IMG/VR virus record: IMGVR_UViG_3300045988_154277 | Source: a virus | Reading direction: 5' to 3' (one strand) | DNA length: 64,000 bases | Shown here: in pieces, positions 27,781 through 35,668 of the stretch | How positions within the stretch are numbered: position 1 is the first letter of the stretch | Layout: every line of letters starts with the position of its first letter | Program-made: the position numbers and the translations under genes | Notes under the pieces: model-generated | Seen by the model: the letters and a program-made list of their open reading frames with translations, nothing else | Database searches by the model: none | Told to the model about the DNA's origin: nothing

Positions 27781-28500
27781 TTACAATAGATCCTCGAGTG
27801 ATTCACTCAGATGGATCTTGTGGGCAAGGATCAGTTCTCTCTTATAGTAGAACTCTACGATCAACTCACCATCTTTTCCTTCTTTGAATTGAACCTTCGT
27901 ATAACGTTCGTATTCCAAGTAGGACGTTAATCCAGAACTGATGAATGTCTTAAGTGGCATCCACGGTTCGTGCCATTTGGTGAAGGACCAGATGTGTAAG
28001 ATCTTGGAGTCTAAAAACTCCAAAGTACGTGTAATCGTACCATCGTAGTCCAATGTATTCACGAACCCTCTTGCGGATCGGATCATCAGATGGAGCTTAT
28101 CGAATGCACGTCTTGCATCTGAGATACTCCTGGCAAGTTCATCACTGGTTCTATATACATCCGGAACCGGTTTGCATTTCACAGTAACGGAGTGGATCAA
28201 CCACTTATGATCAGCACAGTGTTCCATCTCCACTTTACCGTAAAGATAGTGGGCACTGCTACAACGACCGTGACCGATCCTCACCAAGAACGCATACATA
28301 GTACCCTGTTCCGTGTGTCTCGGTAACAGGTTCTTGCCATCATAGATGTAAAGTCCGTAACCCGAGTACTGCTCATATATAGAACCGAGCACATGTGTGA
28401 TCCGCAGTAACGGATCATCAGAACTGGTTCCAAGGAACCCACGAAGTTCCTTCAGTAAAGTTGTTTGGATACCCCTAAGGAACTGTTCTTCTTGTGTCAT
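27781..28500 (-). CDS. tandem paralog family member 4
   Basis: Motifs HGRCSSAHYLYGKVEME, WLIHSVTVKCKPVPDVYRTSD, IWSFTKWHEPWMPLKTF, EYERYTKVQFKEGKDGELIVEFYYKREL. Its start overlaps the stop of the upstream zinc-ribbon gene (TAATG). Confidence 0.55.
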   Translation of the reverse strand: MTQEEQFLRGIQTTLLKELRGFLGTSSDDPLLRITHVLGSIYEQYSGYGLYIYDGKNLLPRHTEQGTMYAFLVRIGHGRCSSAHYLYGKVEMEHCADHKWLIHSVTVKCKPVPDVYRTSDELARSISDARRAFDKLHLMIRSARGFVNTLDYDGTITRTLEFLDSKILHIWSFTKWHEPWMPLKTFISSGLTSYLEYERYTKVQFKEGKDGELIVEFYYKRELILAHKIHLSESLEDLL

Positions 28501-28751
28501 TATAACTCCTCCTCGAACTCTTCGTTCGGTACATCGATGTCATCGTAAGATGCATCGAGATAGTTGTCTCCATCGTCGTAGAGATCATCCTCTTCCTCGT
28601 ACAGCTCTTCCATCTCATCTGTGTCATCCTCTACACTGAACATGTTCCCTCTGTACAGGCAGTCGGGACAGCAGTCCTCTGCAGCTTCAGACTCATCAGT
28701 GTAGTCGGATGGTTCATACATGTCACCACAATACTTGCAACGGTACATCAT
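28500..28751 (-). CDS. small zinc-ribbon protein with a polyacidic tail
   Basis: CKYCGD..(14)..CCPDC, then EDDTDEMEELYEEEDDLYDDGDNYLDASYDDIDVPNEEFEEEL. Translationally coupled to paralog member 4. Confidence 0.55.
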   Translation of the reverse strand: MMYRCKYCGDMYEPSDYTDESEAAEDCCPDCLYRGNMFSVEDDTDEMEELYEEEDDLYDDGDNYLDASYDDIDVPNEEFEEEL

Positions 28752-28770
28752 ACTGTTCCTCCTTGTAAGA

Positions 28771-29265
28771 TTACCATTCTGGTTGTTTACTTGCTAATAC
28801 CTCTACGTTCGAAGAACGAACGTAGTACTTGCCTTGGCGTTGACGGATGGACAGCGTCATCTTGTAACGTAATTTGGACTCCACCTCAAACGAGTTGGAC
28901 TCTCGCCCTTTGGCCATCACCTCCGGTGCGTAATCGATCCATTTTCTCTCACATGCGATGTACACGATACACGCACCTGTCCATGACGTGGCTGTTGTAG
29001 TCGTATCTTGGATCGAGATCGATACTTTCGGAGTAGTATCACGAGATTTATCATCATGATACTTAGGATCTTTCACCATCTCGTTGATCCAACTGTATAA
29101 CCATTGTAAAATCTGATCCAGAGATGTGTTTTCAATGGTAACGTCAGGATACAGAGATGGTAGGTCTCTGCTTCTTTGTACGACATGGTTGATCCGTTCG
29201 TGAAGTTCAGACCGAACATGTCGTGTATAGCGATACCGCTCTTGTTCTAGTTTCTTAGTGATCAT
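28771..29265 (-). CDS. hypothetical protein
   Basis: 164-aa ORF. Confidence 0.45.
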   Translation of the reverse strand: MITKKLEQERYRYTRHVRSELHERINHVVQRSRDLPSLYPDVTIENTSLDQILQWLYSWINEMVKDPKYHDDKSRDTTPKVSISIQDTTTTATSWTGACIVYIACERKWIDYAPEVMAKGRESNSFEVESKLRYKMTLSIRQRQGKYYVRSSNVEVLASKQPEW

Positions 29266-29456
29266 ACTTCATCCTCCTTCTTGAAGAACGTATAGTGAAC
29301 ACCATAGACGATGTACGTTCCGATATAAGTACCGACCAGTTGATAGTAGATCCGACACACATCAGAACGTTGTTCTGCTACACCATACGTGATCACGATA
29401 TCGACATAGACCTCTTGTCGATCAACGGTAACAGGGTCTAATACTTCGAACTTCAT
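29262..29456 (-). CDS. small hypothetical protein
   Basis: 64-aa ORF whose stop overlaps the next start. Confidence 0.3.
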   Translation of the reverse strand: MKFEVLDPVTVDRQEVYVDIVITYGVAEQRSDVCRIYYQLVGTYIGTYIVYGVHYTFFKKEDEV

Positions 29457-29614
29457 ATCGGGTAGTTTCTCTTTTTATACGGATGGTGTTGACCGTGGTG
29501 TTCAACACATCTTAGATTTTGATGATTTTAACATGAAGTCATCTAGAGTGTGATACACCCCTGATATAACAAGGATGTTGTTGCTCTAGATGGTTAAATA
29601 TAAGGTTCTGTGCT

Positions 29615-30226
29615 CTACTGATCACAGGTGTTCTTAGAGAGGGTAAGATCCTCCTGTTGGATCTGTCGATAAATATACCGTAAGATGCGATAACATGCCT
29701 CACCGCGTTCGGTCAGATGGGATGACTGGATGGTACCTACATGATCGGTGATCCCAGCAGCATGTAAGAACTGCAAGATCAGTTCACAACCATCCAAAAG
29801 ATCGAGGTACAAGATACCGGTATGATCACATCGATGGTAACTATGAGAGCTGATATGAACCGTAACAGCATGGTTCGGATCACAGAACCTGATCCATAGA
29901 TGTCTGTTGTGCAGTCGTCGGATGATCATGTATAGAAGTTCATCGGTACCATTACCATAATAACATCCACACATCCCGAACGACTTATGAACGTATCGGA
30001 TCACATCGACATAGTGGTAGATGTCCATATCACCATGTCGTACGGGATCATAGATCGACAAGATGTCACGAACGATGTTCTTGGGCAGTATCACCCTGCC
30101 CTCTCGCATCGCAGACAAGAACGAAGGGAACCTATGTTCCGTATCCAGAAGAACAGACTCCGGTACAGGAACCTCAGCATACTCATAAAGAGGAAGTATC
30201 TCTTGGTTGTAAAGATCGTTAGACAT
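29615..30226 (-). CDS. His/Cys-rich hypothetical protein
   Basis: 203 aa with many His and Cys residues (possible metal binding). No firm assignment. Confidence 0.45.
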   Translation of the reverse strand: MSNDLYNQEILPLYEYAEVPVPESVLLDTEHRFPSFLSAMREGRVILPKNIVRDILSIYDPVRHGDMDIYHYVDVIRYVHKSFGMCGCYYGNGTDELLYMIIRRLHNRHLWIRFCDPNHAVTVHISSHSYHRCDHTGILYLDLLDGCELILQFLHAAGITDHVGTIQSSHLTERGEACYRILRYIYRQIQQEDLTLSKNTCDQ

Positions 30227-30240
30227 AAACGGTTATCTCC

Positions 30241-30849
30241 TTATCGGTTGTGATGCCAATGTTTCACATGTTGTGGTAGATCTTGTTCTTTGGTATAGAT
30301 TTTGCTTAAGTAGCTATATTTGTAAATAGCGTTCTTAAAGTGTTCGATCGACATCTGATCTCGTTCTAGTATCATCCTGTTGCACTCAGCACTGCGGTAT
30401 TCGACCAATCCAGGAAGATATACTCCGATCGTATTACACCAGTGACATTCTAACACTTCTCCTATGGTGATAAAGCTTTTACATACACTACCATCCACCC
30501 ATAAGGCGAGATGGTAGTGTTGATGTGTACTATCGTTGCGTTCTCTTACCCATACGTAAGAAGGATGAGTGAACGCTATCCCTCGTAGGAATAATTCCAT
30601 CGTATTGCAGAAACAAGTGTTATCATTCACAGCCTCCTGGTAAAAGAATTGAGGGAACCTTATAGTGAAGGTTCCAAATAGAGTTGATTTCCTCCTATCT
30701 AGAATACGCTCTGTCAATCGTATTCCGTATTCAAGGATATTGAGATAATGCCCCATCTCATCTGTAGTTCGTACTGGAGATTGGTAAAGAGGCAGTTGAT
30801 CTCCGTTATAAGGGTAATAAGGAATTACCCATTTCTTGTATCGGTACAT
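30241..30849 (-). CDS. HUH-superfamily (Rep-like) endonuclease candidate
   Basis: Motif order and spacing resemble rolling-circle Rep proteins: LFGTFTIRF (motif 1, FuTuT), HQHYHLALWV (HUH motif 2), AIYKYSYLSKIYTK (Tyr motif 3). Confidence 0.4.
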   Translation of the reverse strand: MYRYKKWVIPYYPYNGDQLPLYQSPVRTTDEMGHYLNILEYGIRLTERILDRRKSTLFGTFTIRFPQFFYQEAVNDNTCFCNTMELFLRGIAFTHPSYVWVRERNDSTHQHYHLALWVDGSVCKSFITIGEVLECHWCNTIGVYLPGLVEYRSAECNRMILERDQMSIEHFKNAIYKYSYLSKIYTKEQDLPQHVKHWHHNR

Positions 30850-31046
30850 ATCGTACAGCTCCTTTCATTAATGTTGGTTCTCTATGTTGTGATGCACCCT
30901 TCGTCAGGCTCAGGGACATCGATGACTACGTTCGCTAGGTGTCTTGGAGGACACTACGCTCTCTTCGTTGCTCTTTTATACGCTTATGATGTGCATATAG
31001 AGAGACTGTGATATGGAACTAACGTTGTTCCTTCACTGGTGATCTA

Positions 31047-31256
31047 CTAACGTAGATCTAAGACGTTACGGTGTTGTGTCTCTCTATATGCTTCTGTTGT
31101 TAGATCTTCATTGTACTTATCGATGAATGAAGTACGGATTATGAATGGTATCTTAACTGTAGCTACATATGGTTGGGTTATATAGTTACTACCATAATAC
31201 CTGGTTAAGATTTGAGGGTAAGTTGAGGGTAAAATAACGATGGGATAAATCGTCAT
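31047..31256 (-). CDS. small hypothetical protein
   Basis: 69-aa ORF, 40-50 nt downstream (leftward) of the promoter-like motif at 31298..31332. Confidence 0.3.
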   Translation of the reverse strand: MTIYPIVILPSTYPQILTRYYGSNYITQPYVATVKIPFIIRTSFIDKYNEDLTTEAYRETQHRNVLDLR

Positions 31257-31297
31257 ATGACTATTATATTTACTCTACTAGATCCCATCTATCAACA

Positions 31298-31332
31298 AGT
31301 AATATATACGTGAAATAGACTTCAGTTACACT
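31298..31332 (-). promoter_or_regulatory. early-promoter-like motif upstream of small ORF 31047..31256
   Basis: aagtaatatatacgtgaaatagacttcagttacac. Confidence 0.45.
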
Positions 31333-31380
31333 AAAAGAGTAAAAGAAGAAGACTAGGGTGACTAGTCTTCACTATCTAAG

Positions 31381-31599
31381 TTAGAGAAGATCTTGGATCT
31401 TCTCTACTAAGATCGCATCGATCAGAAGTTGAGGGATGCTTTTGGTATAGACGAGGATGTAATCACCATCTCTTATCAGATCGTAACCCTCATGCTTATA
31501 TTGGTTGTAGGATGCGATAGCCATCTTCTGATCCATGGTACGTGCTTGACGTTTCAGGATAGCAAGATGAATCGTATTACCCATGGATAGGATCTTCAT
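31381..31599 (-). CDS. small hypothetical protein
   Basis: Start refined to MKILSMGN at 31599 (GGAGA RBS). The ORF-track version (to 31707) would overlap a terminator hairpin and the upstream gene. Confidence 0.4.
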   Translation of the reverse strand: MKILSMGNTIHLAILKRQARTMDQKMAIASYNQYKHEGYDLIRDGDYILVYTKSIPQLLIDAILVEKIQDLL

Positions 31600-31624
31600 G
31601 GTAGTATCTCCTATATAAGAAAAA

Positions 31625-31651
31625 GAGAAGGTGGTGTAGTACCACCTTCTC
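31625..31651 (-). terminator. terminator-like hairpin with a T-tract after ORF 31661..32434
   Basis: 11-bp stem gagaaggtggt / accaccttctc. The minus strand is followed by CTCTTTTTCTT. Confidence 0.55.
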
Positions 31652-31660
31652 GGTTCGATG

Positions 31661-32434
31661 TTAGAAGAGATTGGAGACCGTATCGGAAGCGGTCTCAGCA
31701 GCACCATCTCCGCAGAAGATCTTCTTCACACCGTAGACGATGGCTGCACCAGCAGCCATACCAACGATGACTCCCATCCCGTAGGATGCTCCGATGGTGA
31801 AGGCACTCCCAGCTTCACGAGCCAGGGTGGAACCATGCCGGTCACGTTCAGCGGGCTTGTTGGGATCGGGATGATCTTCCTGTTCCTCTTTGGGAGTGTC
31901 CTTCTTGGGTTCTTCTTTCGGAACATCCTGCTTGGGGTTGGGATCCACTTTCTTGGACTCCTGTTTGGTGTCCTTGGGATCGACCTTCGGTTCCGTCTTG
32001 GGCTGTTCCGGGTTGCCGTTGGTGTTCTTGGTTTCGGTGTTGACTTTGGTTTCTTCCATTTTGGATTCCTCCTGGTTGTGGTTGGTGTTGTTGGGGTTGA
32101 TGGTTGCGTTGTTCTTGTTGTCTTCCATTTTGTTTTCCTCTTTTTGGTTAGGGGTTGTATGGGTTGCTTGTTTGGTTGCATGTTCCTGCAGCAGATCTTC
32201 CATCTGCTGACCGACGTTGATACCGAATGAGTCTCTCGGGACTTCCTCGGTAAACTCCTCCACAGTAACACCTGTGGGGTTGTTCTCTGGATGATCCAGA
32301 GAGATCACAACGGTTCGACCAGTTGTGATGTTCGGCATATGAGCCGGATAGTCCGGTTCAGTAATGCCAGGACCAGTGAGACCTGGTGCCTGGTTTTCGA
32401 ATGAACCACGGAATTTGTGTCGTTTGTGTCCCAT
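31661..32434 (-). CDS. low-complexity protein rich in Pro/Thr/Lys/Asn/Glu, with a C-terminal glycine-zipper hydrophobic segment
   Basis: The C-terminus GASYGMGVIVGMAAGAAIVYG is a putative transmembrane or glycine-zipper segment. The N-terminal two-thirds is compositionally biased. Overlapping plus-strand ORFs are judged to be artefacts. Confidence 0.45.
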   Translation of the reverse strand: MGHKRHKFRGSFENQAPGLTGPGITEPDYPAHMPNITTGRTVVISLDHPENNPTGVTVEEFTEEVPRDSFGINVGQQMEDLLQEHATKQATHTTPNQKEENKMEDNKNNATINPNNTNHNQEESKMEETKVNTETKNTNGNPEQPKTEPKVDPKDTKQESKKVDPNPKQDVPKEEPKKDTPKEEQEDHPDPNKPAERDRHGSTLAREAGSAFTIGASYGMGVIVGMAAGAAIVYGVKKIFCGDGAAETASDTVSNLF

Positions 32435-32570
32435 ATGAGACCTCCTTATGTTAAGTTTTGAATTGGATGCTTATGTCTACCACGCCCTTGTTTAAAAGTA
32501 TTGATGATCGCGATACTTTGAGCGTGGTAGTTGGTCTACCCTACAAAGAAGGCAGACAGAACTAACGATG

Positions 32571-32720
32571 TTACTTGGCGATCAACAAGTTGTCCATCGT
32601 GAGCTGGAATGCTTTATTTAACGCCTCATACCAGGTGAGGCTGGTCTTAGCCCAAATCTCTTCCCCGATCACATAGATCGGTCTCCTGAGATCCAAGCTG
32701 CTGTAGTCAAATTCTGACAT
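32571..32720 (-). CDS. small ORF (49 aa), not in the supplied ORF track
   Basis: ATG at 32720 with an AAGGAGA RBS. Lies 140 nt downstream (leftward) of promoter-like motif 32862..32900, with the hairpin 32771..32806 in its 5' UTR. Confidence 0.3.
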   Translation of the reverse strand: MSEFDYSSLDLRRPIYVIGEEIWAKTSLTWYEALNKAFQLTMDNLLIAK

Positions 32721-32861
32721 ACAGTCTCCTTCTTAGGAAAGTTGTAGAACAACGTCACTCTCCACAACGACCTAACACTAGAGTGTGGTAGCACTCTAGT
32801 GTTAGGGTCCTTTACTATTACTGGAGTCGTGATAAGAAGTCATCGCTCTACTAGTATCATA

Positions 32862-32900
32862 AGAGTTATATATATTCGAAATATTTTGAACTACACTTTT
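32862..32900 (-). promoter_or_regulatory. early-promoter-like motif; 33 nt identical to the copy at 62208..62240
   Basis: agagttatatatattcgaaatattttgaactacactttt. Confidence 0.45.
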
Positions 32901-32927
32901 AGATAGAGTACTCTGTGTTGATCCGAG

Positions 32928-32935
32928 ATGCTATG
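32928..32935 (+). promoter_or_regulatory. ATGCTATG motif, 27 nt upstream of the ATG at 32962
   Basis: gagATGCTATGtcc. Confidence 0.35.
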
Positions 32936-32961
32936 TCCATATACAGAAGGAGGACATAAGC

Positions 32962-33027
32962 ATGAGTGCTAAAATCTACACAAATGGAAAGTGGGTTGAT
33001 CTTTCCCCTGCTACGGGGGGGGGGTAA
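32962..33027 (+). CDS. 21-codon ORF starting at an ATG with a strong RBS and ending just after a G10 tract; probable true 5' end of the downstream gene if the tract is G11
   Basis: AAGGAGGA RBS, then MSAKIYTNGKWVDLSPATGGG* . One extra G would fuse it in frame to 33045..33380. Confidence 0.35.
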   Translation: MSAKIYTNGKWVDLSPATGGG

Positions 33028-33044
33028 TCAGTCTTGGAGACTCC

Positions 33045-33380
33045 GTGTTTGAAAACCAATTGTCGTCCGAGAATGGTGTTCGATTCGGATCGCAAGCAAC
33101 AGCTACATCGTTCGTTCAAATGTCATTCCGTTATGCTGGAAAATCAGATGCAACAGGAACGGGATACATCGCGGTAGGAGAACAAGATCGATCTGTTGAT
33201 CCTAAAACGTTTACACGAAGAGGATATCTGCTTATCCCCTTGACAGATGCTGGATATTACTCTGTATCCTTTGTAGTATCCGAAGGTATGTATCCTGCGT
33301 GGAAGTTTGAAGAAGGTAAGTCGTTTGGAAACATCCTTACATATATGACCACCACACCACTCACGATCGTATCAAACTGA
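33045..33380 (+). CDS. hypothetical protein (frame is open back to 33000)
   Basis: 111-aa ORF with a GTG start in the track. Its frame is open from 33000 across the G10 tract. Confidence 0.45.
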   Translation: MFENQLSSENGVRFGSQATATSFVQMSFRYAGKSDATGTGYIAVGEQDRSVDPKTFTRRGYLLIPLTDAGYYSVSFVVSEGMYPAWKFEEGKSFGNILTYMTTTPLTIVSN

Positions 33381-33396
33381 TCTCGATATAAAAGAA

Positions 33397-33431
33397 GAAC
33401 TACAGGGAGTTGGTTAGACTCCCTGTAGTTC
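33397..33431. terminator. bidirectional hairpin between convergent genes
   Basis: 14-bp stem gaactacagggagt / actccctgtagttc. Confidence 0.55.
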
Positions 33432-33442
33432 CATATGTTGCA

Positions 33443-35539
33443 TCATCCGTAAAGGTCCATCAGAAGTGTCTTAGTCTCTTTATTGAGATGAGCCACTCCG
33501 ATGTTGAGTTTGTTCAGGACTCGATACAGAGCAGAACAGTTGTGATAGATGATCTTCTTGTAATCCACCAAAGGGATGATCTCTTTGGGGATCGCATTCG
33601 CAGCTGGGTTGATCAGGACGTTGTTCGGGAACTTCTTATGCTGTTCTACGAACTTCATCGTCTCTTGATAGATGGATTTATTCATCTTCTCAAGCTCCTG
33701 ATAATAACCGGCTGTAGGGGTGTACAGGGATACGTAAATCACCTTAGCTGGCGGTTGAACATCCCCGTATTTCTTGGCATAAACAGCTTGCCAGAACATC
33801 CAAGCGAAGAACACAGAGGTTGACTCAGGATCACTGTAATCTCTCTCATACTTCAAGGATGTGATCTGGAGGAACTCTGTTTCTCCACGTTTGATACTAT
33901 CCATGATGTTGTGTTCCCACCCAAGTACTTTATCGATCAACTTATTGGCTGATAGCTTCCCTTGGATGGAAGGATACAACACATCGTTCTCGATGAAGTT
34001 CTGGATGAAATCAAGAGAGGTTGAACAGATCGAAGATCCTCTGAGTGTTTGACCTTTGATATCCGCTTTGGGTTTGGGTAGGATTACTCCTTCCTGCACC
34101 GCTTGGATCCCACAATACGTCTTCTTGATACCGAAGAGCAACATGATGGGATAGAGGAACTCATTCTTCATCGCCAGCACACGACGATGCTCAGGAGATA
34201 CCCCATGAAGGATACTGTATCGATAGCAAGCGTGACGAACACTATGATGGAGCCAGTAGATCACCAAGGAAGTGATCTGATAACTCTCATCTGTGATGTC
34301 ATAGTGGATCCCACCACGATACCAATCATCCCACTCAGCAGCTGTGAAGATTTCACTATCCGTATCACTGATGATAACGGTGTTCCGCCAGGTCATTTGT
34401 TTCTTACGAACCTCTGGAACATCCGCATCTGTGTTGACGAACGTATCGAACAGGAGATCCAGCATGTGGACTTTCTTCTCGATGCTCTTACAGTAAGCTA
34501 CCACCTTCGGGATCAACTCTGGATGTTCTTCCACGATGATCTTGATCGAGTAGTTGTTGAACTCCTTCGCAAGACCCACTGTTGTGATCGCCAGCACCGT
34601 CTCATCTTGTTTGAAGATATCATCCGCTGTTACATTCGGATCGATCTGTACTTTACTGGTATCGAACACATAGTGGATGAACCCTTTGAAGATCTCAGAG
34701 TTGTACCACATGATGTGTCTCAGATTACAGTAGTAGAAGAGGAAAGTCACTTCCAATGGGGTGAGTCGACTTACCAGTCGGTCTACAGAAGCCATCTGAC
34801 AACCAGGACAGTACCGATGTAATGTCTCAGTGTAGAAATCGATCAGCTGCATGTGATCGATCATCTTCAGTTTATACTTCTGGATCGCTTGGTTGATCTG
34901 ATCATCCGAAGGACGCAACCTTAAGTTAAGTAGGATGTGGTTCACCAGTTCATCTTCACTGAACCAGGAGAAGTTCCCACCCAACAACTGTTCTGCTACC
35001 GTGTATGCTCTTACGATCATACAGCGAGCAGCAGATGTGATCGTGTTGTATCCCGGTTTATCATAGAAGATATTGAACGGAGATCCGAATCCTCCAGGTA
35101 GACTGTTACAGTTGATCTTGATCGTAGCTTGCTGATACCAGCAACGCTTCGCTTCCAAGTCATCACCCACCGCTTCTGCAGCAAGTTGTTTCTTCTTAAC
35201 CTTCTTACGTTCTTTCAGCTTATCGACGACCATCTCTGCGATGAACGAAGATTGTTCGATCGTTGGTTTGTACATCGATCCAGCTGGTGTGATTACTTTG
35301 GATTTTTGTTGATTCAAGAACTGGTAGAAATCTTCCTCCACGATCTTCTCATTCCCAGGAGAGACCGTCTTATTGTAAATAACTCGTTTACTCTGATATC
35401 GTTCTCGGAAGGTATCCTTCAGGAACCGTTTGATCTCATTATCATCTTCAAATCCAGTCATCCTCTTTAGATAGTCATAATGCATCCGCATCGCTTCCTG
35501 GAAGATATCGGGTCTTACTATCTGATCGGTTGTTAGCAT
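33443..35539 (-). CDS. large hypothetical protein with weak polymerase-like motifs
   Basis: Start refined to MLTTDQIV at 35539 (AGGTG RBS). Contains KINCNSLPGGFG and ISDTDSEIF, which resemble family-B polymerase motifs B and C. No motif A is present and the spacing is atypical, so the assignment is not confident. Confidence 0.5.
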   Translation of the reverse strand: MLTTDQIVRPDIFQEAMRMHYDYLKRMTGFEDDNEIKRFLKDTFRERYQSKRVIYNKTVSPGNEKIVEEDFYQFLNQQKSKVITPAGSMYKPTIEQSSFIAEMVVDKLKERKKVKKKQLAAEAVGDDLEAKRCWYQQATIKINCNSLPGGFGSPFNIFYDKPGYNTITSAARCMIVRAYTVAEQLLGGNFSWFSEDELVNHILLNLRLRPSDDQINQAIQKYKLKMIDHMQLIDFYTETLHRYCPGCQMASVDRLVSRLTPLEVTFLFYYCNLRHIMWYNSEIFKGFIHYVFDTSKVQIDPNVTADDIFKQDETVLAITTVGLAKEFNNYSIKIIVEEHPELIPKVVAYCKSIEKKVHMLDLLFDTFVNTDADVPEVRKKQMTWRNTVIISDTDSEIFTAAEWDDWYRGGIHYDITDESYQITSLVIYWLHHSVRHACYRYSILHGVSPEHRRVLAMKNEFLYPIMLLFGIKKTYCGIQAVQEGVILPKPKADIKGQTLRGSSICSTSLDFIQNFIENDVLYPSIQGKLSANKLIDKVLGWEHNIMDSIKRGETEFLQITSLKYERDYSDPESTSVFFAWMFWQAVYAKKYGDVQPPAKVIYVSLYTPTAGYYQELEKMNKSIYQETMKFVEQHKKFPNNVLINPAANAIPKEIIPLVDYKKIIYHNCSALYRVLNKLNIGVAHLNKETKTLLMDLYG

Positions 35540-35589
35540 ATTCACCTCTAGTTGTAATATTCAGTCGTATAGGTTGAAACTCTTTCATT

Positions 35590-35613
35590 GAGTAATATAT
35601 GCTTGAAAGAACG
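35590..35613 (-). promoter_or_regulatory. early-promoter-like motif about 50 nt upstream of the 700-aa ORF start
   Basis: gagtaatatatgcttgaaagaacg. The minus strand reads caTATATTACtc. Confidence 0.45.
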
Positions 35614-35629
35614 ATGGTGATCCCAAGTC

Positions 35630-35637
35630 ATGCTATG
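35630..35637 (+). promoter_or_regulatory. ATGCTATG motif, 30-45 nt upstream of the chaperonin-operon start
   Basis: tcATGCTATGctt. Confidence 0.35.
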
Positions 35638-35668
35638 CTTAAACTTGTCTCAACAATAACTTTTACAT

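Noticed and set aside
21500-30900. The small-gene block as a prophage-like moron or toxin-antitoxin region
   Set aside because: No recognisable toxin, antitoxin, repressor or integrase domains. It is better explained as a phage early or host-takeover region containing a diversifying paralog family.
31658-32271. Plus- and minus-strand ORFs nested in 31661..32434 (190 aa, 181 aa, 106 aa)
   Set aside because: They are low-complexity artefacts of the compositionally biased gene. No RBS and no independent support.
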